Shown: positions 46,134-54,882, counted from the stretch's first letter. The stretch is DNA of 64,000 nucleotides from Candidatus Woykebacteria bacterium (GCA_040876345.1 JBBDPM010000001.1:116688-180687); one strand, 5' to 3'. The notes: a model not told the origin generated them from the letters alone. Numbers and translations are program-made.

Positions 46134-46382
46134 ATGAAAGTTACTATTTACACAACTACCACGTGCCCGTACTGCAAGATGGAAAAAGATTACTTTGATG
46201 AGAAGGGCGTGAAGTACGAAAATGTCTTTGTTGATCAAGATGCGAAGAAGGCCCAAGAGATGATGGAGCTTTCCGGACAACTTGGGGTGCCCTTTACAGT
46301 GATTGAAAAAGATGACGGTTCCGAAGAAAAAATTCTTGGGTTCGACAAGGAAAAATTAAACTTAGCATTAAATTTATCGTAA
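46134..46382 (+). CDS. Glutaredoxin-like protein (NrdH/Grx fold)
   Basis: CPYC redox motif in an 82-aa thioredoxin-fold protein. Confidence 0.7.
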   Translation: MKVTIYTTTTCPYCKMEKDYFDEKGVKYENVFVDQDAKKAQEMMELSGQLGVPFTVIEKDDGSEEKILGFDKEKLNLALNLS

Positions 46383-46414
46383 TTTCCAAAAGTTTACACT
46401 AACCGAGTTGACGT

Positions 46415-47044
46415 ATGGGTAAAAAACCAGATGTTTCTGAGCTTTCTAAAAAAGAGAGAAAAGAATTTCTTAAAGACTTTAGGAAATCTGAAGAGCAAAG
46501 GGATAAAGTTAAATCAAACGTTACAAAAATAGTAATAGCAGTCGTGATGTTGGCAGTTTTAGGAGGGTTGGGTTACTTATTTTTGACAGCCGATCAAGGC
46601 TCAGCCGTTATGGGGGAAGAGATAACAATCCAGAGCAGAGACCATATTAATCCGGGAACGCCCCATCCAAGTTATAATTCAAATCCACCAACCTCCGGCC
46701 CACATTGGCCAACCCCTCAGACTTGTGATATATACAATGAGCCAGTGGCAGATGAATCTGCGATCCACAGCTTAGAGCACGGGGCCGTTTGGATAACTTA
46801 CAAAGACAAGGACGATACGGATCTCGCCGGAAAATTGAAAGCTATTGTCGAAAAAAACAAAGCTAAAGTGCTTCTTTCACCAAGGCCGGAAAATGATTCC
46901 AAGATTGCTCTTTCCTCTTGGGGAAGGCTTATGAAGCTCTCTGATTTTGATGAAAATCAAATCAGCCAATTTATAAAATCAAACCGGAACAATTCTCCAG
47001 AGCCTCTTGCTGCTTGCCAAGGCACCAACCAAACTCGACAATGA
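46415..47044 (+). CDS. DUF3105-domain membrane-anchored protein
   Basis: TM helix, then ..PPTSGPHWP..SLEHGAVWITY.. matching the DUF3105 conserved core. Confidence 0.5.
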   Translation: MGKKPDVSELSKKERKEFLKDFRKSEEQRDKVKSNVTKIVIAVVMLAVLGGLGYLFLTADQGSAVMGEEITIQSRDHINPGTPHPSYNSNPPTSGPHWPTPQTCDIYNEPVADESAIHSLEHGAVWITYKDKDDTDLAGKLKAIVEKNKAKVLLSPRPENDSKIALSSWGRLMKLSDFDENQISQFIKSNRNNSPEPLAACQGTNQTRQ

Positions 47045-48108
47045 TTTTAGATAATATCGAAGAAATAAAAAAACTAGATAAAAAACAAGTTGCTCTCTCA
47101 ATCGAGAGACTACCAGATCAGTTGGAGCAAGCATGGCTTGAGGCCTTAAGCGTAAGTTTCCCGGACTCCTACAAACAAGTAAAAAACATTTTGGTCGATG
47201 GAATGGGTGGGTCTGGGCTTGGCCCAGAGATCGTAAACACTGTTTTTAAAGACAAAATCAACGTGCCGATGACTTTGATTCACGATTATCACTTGCCTGC
47301 TTTTGTCGATGGAGACACGCTAGTTTTGATCTCCAGTTACTCAGGAAATACCGAGGAGCCCCTAAATGCTGGAGAAGAGGCACTAGCTAAAAACTACAAA
47401 GTTGCCGGTATAACGGAAGGCGGAAAACTAGCCGAGTTTCTAAAGGTCAACAAGCTCCCTGGATTTGTTTTTAATGCTCCGTATAACCCATCACATCAGC
47501 CGCGTCTTGGTCTTGGCTACCAAGTCGGTGGGATTTTAGGGATGTTTAGGTCACTGGGATTTATAAATATAAGTGATGAAGAAATGGACAGAGTTCTGTT
47601 TTGTAGTCGGGAGCTGAATCAAAAACTATCTCCGGGCTCCCCAACTTCAGAAAACTTCGCTAAGGAACTCGCCACAAAAATTCAGGGAAATATTGTCGTA
47701 GTAATAGCTGCCGAGCCCTTATCTGCTAACGCCCATGTTTTTGCAAATCACCTAAATGAAACTTCAAAGACTTTCTCAACCTACTTTATAATTCCGGAGC
47801 TTAACCATCATCTTTTGGAAGGGTTAAATAAGCCGGCTGGTTTAGGGGAAAGGCTCAAAGTGATTGTACTTGAATCCGATCTTTATTCAGACAAAATTAA
47901 AAAAAGAGTTCAAATCACTAAGGATATAATTGAAAAGCAAAAAATCGAGACTATCTCGGTTAAAATTGAGGGTGACACGGCTCTCATTCAAGCGTTTGAG
48001 GCCCTTTTAGTAAGTTCCTGGACGACGTTTTACTTAGCAATCTTGAATGGATTCGATCCGTCCGAAATTCCTTGGGTGGATTATTTCAAAGAACAACTAG
48101 CAAAATAA
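47014..48108 (+). CDS. Bifunctional phosphoglucose/phosphomannose isomerase (SIS-domain, archaeal-type PGI/PMI)
   Basis: SIS-domain pattern (GMGGSGLG, SYSGNTEE) with the C-terminal bact-PGI_C-like region. The start may be the internal Met at 47041. Confidence 0.7.
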   Translation: MPRHQPNSTMILDNIEEIKKLDKKQVALSIERLPDQLEQAWLEALSVSFPDSYKQVKNILVDGMGGSGLGPEIVNTVFKDKINVPMTLIHDYHLPAFVDGDTLVLISSYSGNTEEPLNAGEEALAKNYKVAGITEGGKLAEFLKVNKLPGFVFNAPYNPSHQPRLGLGYQVGGILGMFRSLGFINISDEEMDRVLFCSRELNQKLSPGSPTSENFAKELATKIQGNIVVVIAAEPLSANAHVFANHLNETSKTFSTYFIIPELNHHLLEGLNKPAGLGERLKVIVLESDLYSDKIKKRVQITKDIIEKQKIETISVKIEGDTALIQAFEALLVSSWTTFYLAILNGFDPSEIPWVDYFKEQLAK

Positions 48109-48148
48109 ATTTCCTCGGAAATAGTGACTTATCTGTTAAACTACAATT

Positions 48149-49108
48149 ATGGATAAAATCTACGATGTAATAATTGCGGGCTCAGGTCCTGCTGGTTTGA
48201 CAGCCGCAATTTATGCCTCCCGATCTAATCTTAAAACGCTGGTTATAACAGGAGTCGATGTTGGTGGCCAACTCATTTGGACTACGGATGTTGAGGACTA
48301 TCCTGGTTTCCCGGATGGAATTCAAGGTCCAGAACTCATGGAAAAGATGAAAAAACAGGCTGAGAGACTGGGGGCCGATTTTACAGGTGGCGATGTCAAA
48401 AAAGTCGATTTTGGTAAGAGGCCTTTTAAAGTTCAATCTGAGGAAGGAGAATTTTTAGCCAAAACTTTTATAGTAGCAACTGGTGCTAGTGCCCAGTGGC
48501 TCGGGATAGAGAGCGAGCAGCGTTTGCGGGGCCGGGGTGTTTCTGCCTGTGCTGTTTGTGATGGTGCTTTCTTCAAAGGTAAGAATCTTGCGGTTATTGG
48601 CGGTGGTGACACGGCTCTTCGGGAGGCTATTTTCTTAACAAAGTTTTCGCCAAAAGTTTACGTGGTTCACCGTAGAGAAGAACTGCGAGCGTTTAAAGCC
48701 TTGCAGGATAGAGCTTTTGCAAACAAAGCGATTGAGTTTGTTTGGAATAGTGAGGTAAAAGAAGTGCTGGGGGAGCCCAAAGTTGCGGGAGTCAAGATTT
48801 TTGATAACAAAACTAGAAAAGAAAGAGAGATGGATGTTGAAGGGGTGTTTGTGGCTATTGGGCATAAACCAAACACAGAGTTTTTAAGAGGTGAAATAGA
48901 GTTGGACAATAGAGGTTATGTGGTGTTGAAAGGAACAAGTCAGACTACTATTCCCGGAGTTTTTGCAGCCGGTGACGTACATGATTGGCATTATCAGCAA
49001 GCGGTAACTGCAGCCGGAGCCGGCTGTATGGCCGCCCTTGATGCAGAGGAATATCTTGAGGAAGAAAAAACAACGGAAAAAATCTCCTCAAAAGCCTCTC
49101 AACCTTGA
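48149..49108 (+). CDS. trxB: Thioredoxin reductase
   Basis: FAD motif GSGPAGLTAA, redox-active CAVCDG, NADPH motif GGGDTA. Confidence 0.9.
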   Translation: MDKIYDVIIAGSGPAGLTAAIYASRSNLKTLVITGVDVGGQLIWTTDVEDYPGFPDGIQGPELMEKMKKQAERLGADFTGGDVKKVDFGKRPFKVQSEEGEFLAKTFIVATGASAQWLGIESEQRLRGRGVSACAVCDGAFFKGKNLAVIGGGDTALREAIFLTKFSPKVYVVHRREELRAFKALQDRAFANKAIEFVWNSEVKEVLGEPKVAGVKIFDNKTRKEREMDVEGVFVAIGHKPNTEFLRGEIELDNRGYVVLKGTSQTTIPGVFAAGDVHDWHYQQAVTAAGAGCMAALDAEEYLEEEKTTEKISSKASQP

Positions 49109-49119
49109 AAAGTGAGGTA

Positions 49120-49156
49120 TTGACAGACCCTAGATGTTGGTATTAACATGGATATT
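49120..49156 (+). promoter_or_regulatory. Candidate sigma70 promoter of nrdR-nrdJ (-35 TTGACA, weak -10)
   Basis: Perfect TTGACA at 49120-49125. A TATTAA / TAACAT -10 candidate follows 15-18 nt downstream. Confidence 0.3.
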
Positions 49157-49159
49157 GTA

Positions 49160-49173
49160 CCCAATATCTAGTG
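49160..49173 (+). promoter_or_regulatory. Candidate NrdR box
   Basis: CCCAATATCTAGTG matches the NrdR-box palindrome core (CACwATATaTwGTG) at 12 of 14 positions. It sits just downstream of the putative -10. Confidence 0.35.
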
Positions 49174-49335
49174 CTTGTTAGGTTTCCACCCGTGGAAACT
49201 CTGAAAAGTAATAACACCCTTCTTTACCACAACAAGGGCAAGATAGATGGGTTCTTAGATCTTTAACCTCTTTAATTAAATCAGCACGAGGACAGCGTTT
49301 GGTATATTCTTGTGCCTTAAAAATCAGGAGAGTTT

Positions 49336-49818
49336 ATGAAGTGTCCGTATTGTTCAAATTTTGATACTGCCGTGATGGACTCGCGTGACAGCGAGGATCT
49401 TGGCTCCATTCGCCGCCGCCGGGAGTGCTTGAAATGCAGTAAGCGTTTCACCACCTATGAGCGGATTGAAATGATCGACTTAGCTATTTTGAAAAAAGAC
49501 GGTAGAAGAGAGAATTTTGATCGAAACAAGCTGCTTTTGGGTTTTAAAAAAGCCACGGAAAAGCGGCCCGTAAGCTTAGAAGATATTGATAATGCTGTGG
49601 ATGCGATTGAGAGGGAATTGCGAAGAAAAGATAGTACGGAGATTCCAAGTACCGTGGTTGGTGAGATTGTGATGAGAAAGCTCAAGGCCTTGGACAAAGT
49701 AGCTTACATCCGCTTCGCCAGTGTCTATCGAAGTTTTGAGGATGTTGCGTCTTTTGAAAAAGAAATCAAGAGCCTTTTAAATAAGACTGGTAGTAAGAAG
49801 GCCGTAACAACTAATTAA
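49336..49818 (+). CDS. nrdR: Transcriptional repressor NrdR
   Basis: N-terminal zinc ribbon (CPYC..CLKC) and an ATP-cone domain. 160 aa. Confidence 0.9.
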   Translation: MKCPYCSNFDTAVMDSRDSEDLGSIRRRRECLKCSKRFTTYERIEMIDLAILKKDGRRENFDRNKLLLGFKKATEKRPVSLEDIDNAVDAIERELRRKDSTEIPSTVVGEIVMRKLKALDKVAYIRFASVYRSFEDVASFEKEIKSLLNKTGSKKAVTTN

Positions 49819-49839
49819 AATAAAAGGAGGATTCTGCTC

Positions 49840-52347
49840 ATGGCTAAAGTAAAAACAACTCAGCGGATAGCGACAAAGGAAGGATTTCGATTTAATCCAA
49901 AACTTCAAGTTGAGCTCGAAAGTTTAGTTGGTGATAGCGCCCAAACTACTTTGGAAGGAGTCCGCCAAACAGTTTTTCGTGATCGCTATTCTTTGAAAGA
50001 CGCTGAGGGCGCTTCTATCGAAGAGCACCCTGAGCAGATGTGGAAAAGGGTTGCGGCTGGCATCGCTCAGGTAGAAAAGGCCTCTCCAAAACAAAAAGAA
50101 TGGACCGAGAAATTTTATGGAGCTCTCAAGGATTTCAAATTTGTCCCCGGTGGTAGAATCCTCTCGGGCGCCGGCACACCTTACGAAGTAACTTTCTATA
50201 ACTGTTTTGTAATTCCCTCGCCTCATGATTCCCGAGACGGAATAATTGATAACTTGAAAATAATGGTGGATATTATGTCAAGGAGCGGTGGAGTTGGAAT
50301 AAACCTCTCTTCCTTACGCCCTCGGGGCGCCCGGGTCAAAAAAGTAAACGGTACGAGCTCCGGGCCAGTAAATTGGGCCGAGCTTTACTCCACAGCCACT
50401 CACGATGTTATCCAGCAAGGTGGTACTCGTCGTGGAGCCTTGATGCTGATGATTAATGATTGGCATCCAGATGTTGAGGAGTTTATCGAGGTTAAGAAAG
50501 ACCTTTCCCGCATCAATGGTGCAAACCTTTCCGTCTGTGTTTCCGATGCTTTCATGGAAGCTGTTAAGAAAAATGGAGATTGGCAACTAGCCTTCCCGGA
50601 TATTTCAGATCCCGAGTACGATAAAGTTTGGGATGGAGACATCGATAAATGGAAGAGCCTTGGGAAGAAGGTTAATGTCTACCGAACAGTTAAGGCAGCT
50701 GAAGTCTGGGACAAGATTTGCCACGCTGCTTGGGCGTCAGCTGAGCCAGGCCTTCACTTTATCGACAGAAGCAATAACCGTAGCAATACTTGGTATTTTG
50801 AAAAACTAATCTCCACTAACCCTTGCGGCGAGCAACCACTTGGAGCCTGGGCGGTTTGCAATCTAGCATCCGTGAGCTTGCCCGCTTTCGTCGAAAATGG
50901 GGAAATGAATTACCAGAAGCTTTACGAGAATGTAAAAGTGGCCATCCGCTTTATGGATAACGTAATTGAGGCAACCGGTTACTATTACGATGAAAACAAA
51001 AAGCAGCAAGAAGGAATCCGCCGGGTCGGGCTCTCAGGGATGGGTTTAGGAGACGCTCTTATTCTCCTTAAGCAAAGATACGGATCAAAAGAAGCGGAGC
51101 CGACAGTTGAGAAAATTTACAAAACTATAAGAGACGCTGCTTATGAGTCATCGGCTGAGCTTGCGGCCGAAAAAGGGGCTTTCCCCAATTTTGACAAAGA
51201 AAAATATCTGCAAGGGCATTTCATCAAAAAACTTCCGGAGAGAATCAAAGAGAAAATTCGCAAAAACGGTATTCGTAACGCAGTGCTGTTGACGCAAGCA
51301 CCAACTGGTACTACTTCCCTTGTTTCGGGAGTCTCCTCTGGAATTGAGCCAGTTTATGATTTTGCCATGACCCGAAGGGACCGCACTGGAGAACACATGA
51401 TTTACCACCCGCTTTATCAAAAATGGCTGGAGGATAATCCTGGGAAAGAACCACCGGAATATTTTGTTTCGGCCAATGATTTGACTCCTGAGGAGCACGT
51501 GCGGATGCAAGCAATTGTTCAGGAATACACGGATTCTTCAATCTCCAAGACAGTCAATGCTCCGGAGACCCACAGTGTGGAAGATGTCAAACAGCTCTAT
51601 ACACTAGCGTATGAGCTTGGTTGTAAAGGAATTACTTACATGAGGGATGGATCTCGTGAAGGAGTACTCTCGCACGGTACTGAGACCAAGAAAGAAACAG
51701 CCGAGGCTGGTAACGGCCATAGCGCTGAGCAGGTGCCCGTTCACCTTCGCAAGAGACCAAATTATCTAAATGGAATTACAAGAAGAATTCAAACTCCAGT
51801 GGGGCACGCTTTTGTTACCATCAATGAAGATGAGAATAGGAATCCGTTTGAAGTATTCGTTAATGTCGGCAAGGCCGGAAGTGATATAACCGCCGATGCT
51901 GAGGCTATTGGTCGTTTGATATCTTTGGCCCTTCGCATTCCAACCGGCTACTCGTCCAAAGAAGTCGCCCAACAAGTGGTCAATCAACTCACCGGAATTG
52001 GTGGTAGCCGCCAGCAGGGGTTTGGGCCCAACCGTGTCCACTCTTTGGGAGATGCCATATCTAAAGTTCTCGCCGAGTACTTGGGGTCCGAGAGCACCTA
52101 TCCAGAAGTTGAGCTTAATGGAAATGGCCATGCAAAGCCAAATGGAAACGGCAAGACAGTTAGCGTAGAACAGCCCGAAGTCAAAGAAACTCCCCAAGTA
52201 ATTGACCCGCCTCAGGATGTTTCGCAGTCGACTGCCCTACATCTTGATACCGCCAGGCGCGACATGTGCCCAAAATGCGGAGTCGCCAGTTTCGTCTACG
52301 AAGAGGGCTGCAAGAAGTGTTACAGTTGTGGACACTCGGAGTGCTAA
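49840..52347 (+). CDS. nrdJ: Class II (adenosylcobalamin-dependent) ribonucleotide reductase
   Basis: 835 aa. RNR barrel motifs (NCFV, GGTRRGALM, NPCGEQPL), no adjacent NrdB or NrdD/G, and a C-terminal zinc ribbon (CPKCG..CKKCYSCG) as in monomeric/dimeric NrdJ. Confidence 0.8.
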   Translation: MAKVKTTQRIATKEGFRFNPKLQVELESLVGDSAQTTLEGVRQTVFRDRYSLKDAEGASIEEHPEQMWKRVAAGIAQVEKASPKQKEWTEKFYGALKDFKFVPGGRILSGAGTPYEVTFYNCFVIPSPHDSRDGIIDNLKIMVDIMSRSGGVGINLSSLRPRGARVKKVNGTSSGPVNWAELYSTATHDVIQQGGTRRGALMLMINDWHPDVEEFIEVKKDLSRINGANLSVCVSDAFMEAVKKNGDWQLAFPDISDPEYDKVWDGDIDKWKSLGKKVNVYRTVKAAEVWDKICHAAWASAEPGLHFIDRSNNRSNTWYFEKLISTNPCGEQPLGAWAVCNLASVSLPAFVENGEMNYQKLYENVKVAIRFMDNVIEATGYYYDENKKQQEGIRRVGLSGMGLGDALILLKQRYGSKEAEPTVEKIYKTIRDAAYESSAELAAEKGAFPNFDKEKYLQGHFIKKLPERIKEKIRKNGIRNAVLLTQAPTGTTSLVSGVSSGIEPVYDFAMTRRDRTGEHMIYHPLYQKWLEDNPGKEPPEYFVSANDLTPEEHVRMQAIVQEYTDSSISKTVNAPETHSVEDVKQLYTLAYELGCKGITYMRDGSREGVLSHGTETKKETAEAGNGHSAEQVPVHLRKRPNYLNGITRRIQTPVGHAFVTINEDENRNPFEVFVNVGKAGSDITADAEAIGRLISLALRIPTGYSSKEVAQQVVNQLTGIGGSRQQGFGPNRVHSLGDAISKVLAEYLGSESTYPEVELNGNGHAKPNGNGKTVSVEQPEVKETPQVIDPPQDVSQSTALHLDTARRDMCPKCGVASFVYEEGCKKCYSCGHSEC

Positions 52348-52348
52348 A

Positions 52349-52732
52349 ATGAAGATCAAGATACTTAGTGTAGAAGAGTTTGAGATTTTTGATAAACTTG
52401 GAACCACGGAAAGGTTCGAACTCAGTTCACCTTTTAAATCTGTAACCAAGCCGCCATCAGCAATTACAATTGGTTTGAGATCGGCTGTTTCAGGAACCGC
52501 TACCTATGCAGAAGCTAAATTTTATCGGATTGGAGATGAAAGAGATTTAAAACAGGGTGTCTTGATAAACGTGGATACGTATAGAGCTTGGCCGCACAGT
52601 AGATTAATTGAAGGTCCTATAAAAGACGTTGATCACCACATGTATACTTATAAGAATTTTGAAGAATTCCTAGATAAATTAAGGTTGTTGGAAGAGCAAA
52701 GACAAAGGAAGATGCTTGACAACAAGCTTTAG
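52349..52732 (+). CDS. Hypothetical protein
   Basis: ATG overlaps the nrdJ stop. 127 aa. The track's 5' extension into nrdJ is rejected. Confidence 0.4.
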   Translation: MKIKILSVEEFEIFDKLGTTERFELSSPFKSVTKPPSAITIGLRSAVSGTATYAEAKFYRIGDERDLKQGVLINVDTYRAWPHSRLIEGPIKDVDHHMYTYKNFEEFLDKLRLLEEQRQRKMLDNKL

Positions 52733-52773
52733 GAAATTGTAGAGTAGTCATACTTTAAAAATTTATCCGACGT

Positions 52774-52865
52774 CCGCCAGCTGGCGGAGCGGAGTCAGAA
52801 GCTCCGAAGTCTGTGAAACTCAGACACTGTGCCGCAACCGTTAAAGTCGGGTCGAAGGCTTCTGA
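52774..52865 (+). promoter_or_regulatory. Structured 5' leader, candidate cobalamin-riboswitch-like aptamer
   Basis: Perfect palindrome CCGCCAGCTGGCGG. Hairpins GGAGC..GCTCC and GTCTG-UGAAACU-CAGAC. A long-range 8-bp pairing UCAGAAGC/GCUUCUGA. The segment GCCGCAACCGUUAAAGUCGGG resembles the conserved CCGCcACUGUAAG core. No canonical B12 box was seen. Confidence 0.3.
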
Positions 52866-52898
52866 TTTAACATGCTTCGAGCAAAGTTAAGTTTTTGA

Positions 52899-52927
52899 AA
52901 CCTTCTTTTAGCTCGAGAAGGTTTTTT
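52899..52927 (+). terminator. Intrinsic terminator / attenuator (8-bp stem plus a 6-U tract) inside the leader
   Basis: AACCTTCT-tttagctcg-AGAAGGTT followed by TTTTTT. Confidence 0.55.
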
Positions 52928-52931
52928 GGTG

Positions 52932-52959
52932 GCCTTCTTTGCTTGCAAGTAAAGAAGGC
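52932..52959 (+). promoter_or_regulatory. RBS-sequestering hairpin immediately upstream of the DUF4430 gene
   Basis: GCCTTCTTT-gcttgcaagt-AAAGAAGGC. The right arm contains the SD AAAGAAGG, 5 nt before the ATG at 52963. Confidence 0.45.
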
Positions 52960-52962
52960 TTT

Positions 52963-53598
52963 ATGTTTTTAAAACTAAAAAATCTTCTGCAGAAAAAATT
53001 CATTTTGATTTTTGCGCTCGTGTTTGCCACTGCTCTTTTGGTGGCACCAAAGTTTTTAGCAGATAAACAGGAATCTAATCCCCAATCATCAAAGACTGAG
53101 GTTAGTGACCAAACTGATTTCGAAGAGGCTCTTACTAATCAAACCGATATTACATCAGTTGATCACGAAAATCCTAAGGAGCAAGTAGGTGGTTCTAAAA
53201 AGATCCAAGGGACCACTACCCAACAAACAACAAAGTCGAACAATACACCAACCACAAAAAAACCCACCTCATCTTCGCAGGCATCTGTCATACAAGAAAT
53301 TGCCCTGAATATTAATACTGGCAGCGCAAATTATTCTTATTCAGTTGCTCGGGCAAAGAGTATGACTGTATATGATGTTTTAGTTAAAGCAAGCAACGAA
53401 AATAAATTCTCGCTTGTTTCCAGTTGGTACGGAGCACCTTTGAATAGCCAATACATTATCGAAATCCACGGTTTCAATTGCGGGTGTTGGACATACACCC
53501 TCAAAGATAAATACGGTGTAAAAGTTCCTGGCTCAGGGGAAGGTGCGTCTTTAGACACCGTGAAACCTGGAAATATTATTATTTGGAAAACAACCTAA
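52963..53598 (+). CDS. Secreted DUF4430-domain protein (transcobalamin / intrinsic-factor beta-domain-like), putative corrinoid-binding
   Basis: ATG start with SD (the track's TTG 52939 start is rejected). Signal peptide/TM, Thr/Gln-rich linker, then ..YSVARAKSMTVYDVLVKAS..GAPLNSQYIIEIHG..CGCWTY.. fitting DUF4430. Confidence 0.5.
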   Translation: MFLKLKNLLQKKFILIFALVFATALLVAPKFLADKQESNPQSSKTEVSDQTDFEEALTNQTDITSVDHENPKEQVGGSKKIQGTTTQQTTKSNNTPTTKKPTSSSQASVIQEIALNINTGSANYSYSVARAKSMTVYDVLVKASNENKFSLVSSWYGAPLNSQYIIEIHGFNCGCWTYTLKDKYGVKVPGSGEGASLDTVKPGNIIIWKTT

Positions 53599-53609
53599 AG
53601 GAGGTAAAC

Positions 53610-54878
53610 ATGTCTAAAAAATTTAAAATATTATCTGCACTTACAACAAGTAGTTTGGTCGCAGGGTCGTTGCTGCCAATGACTATCTTTGCAGTTACCC
53701 CAGATATGAGTAGCAATATAAATTCTGCCGTAGATTATTTAAAATCGCAGCAGGAAACATCAGGAAAGATTTCGGGCTTTGGGACGGAAACCTCGTGGGC
53801 GATTATGGGTTTTGCTGCGGCAGGAATTGACCCTGAAACAATTGAAACAAATGGAAACTCCTTAGTTGACTATATTAGAGCAAATCCCCCAGCAAGCTCC
53901 ACCCCAACTGCCTGGGAGCGAGATATATTGGCAATAACAGCTGCTGGTGAAAATCCTTACAATTTTGGTGGGACAAACTACATAAAGACACTTGAGTCTT
54001 TTGCAGCTGGCGGGCAACTTGGAGGTAATACACTTCTCAATGATGATACTTTCGGAGTACTCGCCTTGATTTCGGCCGGACCATCTGCTGATCAACAGAT
54101 AATTTCAGATTCGGTTAACTTTATTATCGCCAATCAAAACGCTGATGGAGGATTGAGTTGGTCCACCTCAGGTGATAGTGATACGAACGATACCGCCATT
54201 GCAATCATGGCCCTGAACGCTGCCAAAAGCGCCGGTTTTACAAATGTTGGGTTAGGTACAAGCTTGGATGAGGCTAAAAATTATATGCTCACATCCCAAA
54301 ATCCCGATGGTGGTTGGTCCTTTACACCAGGGGACACATCAGACGCCTCCTCCACCGCTTGGGGCATTCAAGCAATGCTTGGAGATGATATGGTAGTTAG
54401 TAATGCTTTAAATTTTCTTGTCAGCCTTCAGAATCTGGACGGTTCTGTTAGCTGGATGAGTGGGTTTGGTGGGGACACTTTTACAAGTGCCTATGCGCTC
54501 TCTGCTTTTGCCCAGAGAGCTTTTCCGGTTGGAGCCTTTACCCAAGAGTTTCCGGGTGATCCGGGTCAAGTGCCGGGTAACCAGGACCCTCAAGACGGTG
54601 AAGAAGAGAACCCAAGAGACTCAGATGATGACGGTGATGTTCTTTCAGCAACCGATACTAACGATGATGGAAAAGTGTTGGCAGCTACTTTACCAGACAC
54701 TGGTATCGCTTATGAGCCGAAGTCTATGGTAAGAGCTCTTGATCAACCTTTCGGGAGTCAAAAAGATTCTAGATTGCGCTTCTTTGGATTATTTCTTGCT
54801 TTGGGCAGCAGTTCTGCTCTGGCTGGAGTCTCTCTTCGATGTGTCTATAAGAAGCTAGTTGAATATGATATAAACTAA
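53610..54878 (+). CDS. Surface protein with alpha/alpha-toroid prenyltransferase/squalene-oxidase (QxxDGGW) repeats and a C-terminal LPxTG-like sorting signal
   Basis: SD AAAGGAGG before the ATG at 53610. Signal peptide. Repeats QNADGGLSWS, QNPDGGWSF, QNLDGSVSW. An acidic linker, then LPDTG, a hydrophobic segment, and RCVYKK. Confidence 0.6.
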   Translation: MSKKFKILSALTTSSLVAGSLLPMTIFAVTPDMSSNINSAVDYLKSQQETSGKISGFGTETSWAIMGFAAAGIDPETIETNGNSLVDYIRANPPASSTPTAWERDILAITAAGENPYNFGGTNYIKTLESFAAGGQLGGNTLLNDDTFGVLALISAGPSADQQIISDSVNFIIANQNADGGLSWSTSGDSDTNDTAIAIMALNAAKSAGFTNVGLGTSLDEAKNYMLTSQNPDGGWSFTPGDTSDASSTAWGIQAMLGDDMVVSNALNFLVSLQNLDGSVSWMSGFGGDTFTSAYALSAFAQRAFPVGAFTQEFPGDPGQVPGNQDPQDGEEENPRDSDDDGDVLSATDTNDDGKVLAATLPDTGIAYEPKSMVRALDQPFGSQKDSRLRFFGLFLALGSSSALAGVSLRCVYKKLVEYDIN

Positions 54879-54882
54879 CAAA

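Noticed and set aside
52202-52348. A 5' extension of ORF 52202-52732 overlapping the end of nrdJ
   Set aside because: It overlaps the nrdJ zinc-ribbon coding region in another frame. The ATG at 52349 overlaps the nrdJ stop in the usual coupled arrangement.
52733-52938. A tRNA or SRP RNA in the structured region after nrdJ
   Set aside because: No cloverleaf with T-loop/CCA could be folded. The SRP domain IV motif (GUCAGGUCCGGAAGGAAGCAGC) is not matched. A cis-regulatory leader fits better.
52939-52962. A TTG start at 52939 for the DUF4430 gene
   Set aside because: The ATG at 52963 has an SD (AAAGAAGG) at 5-nt spacing and begins a canonical signal peptide. The TTG lies inside the RBS-sequestering hairpin.
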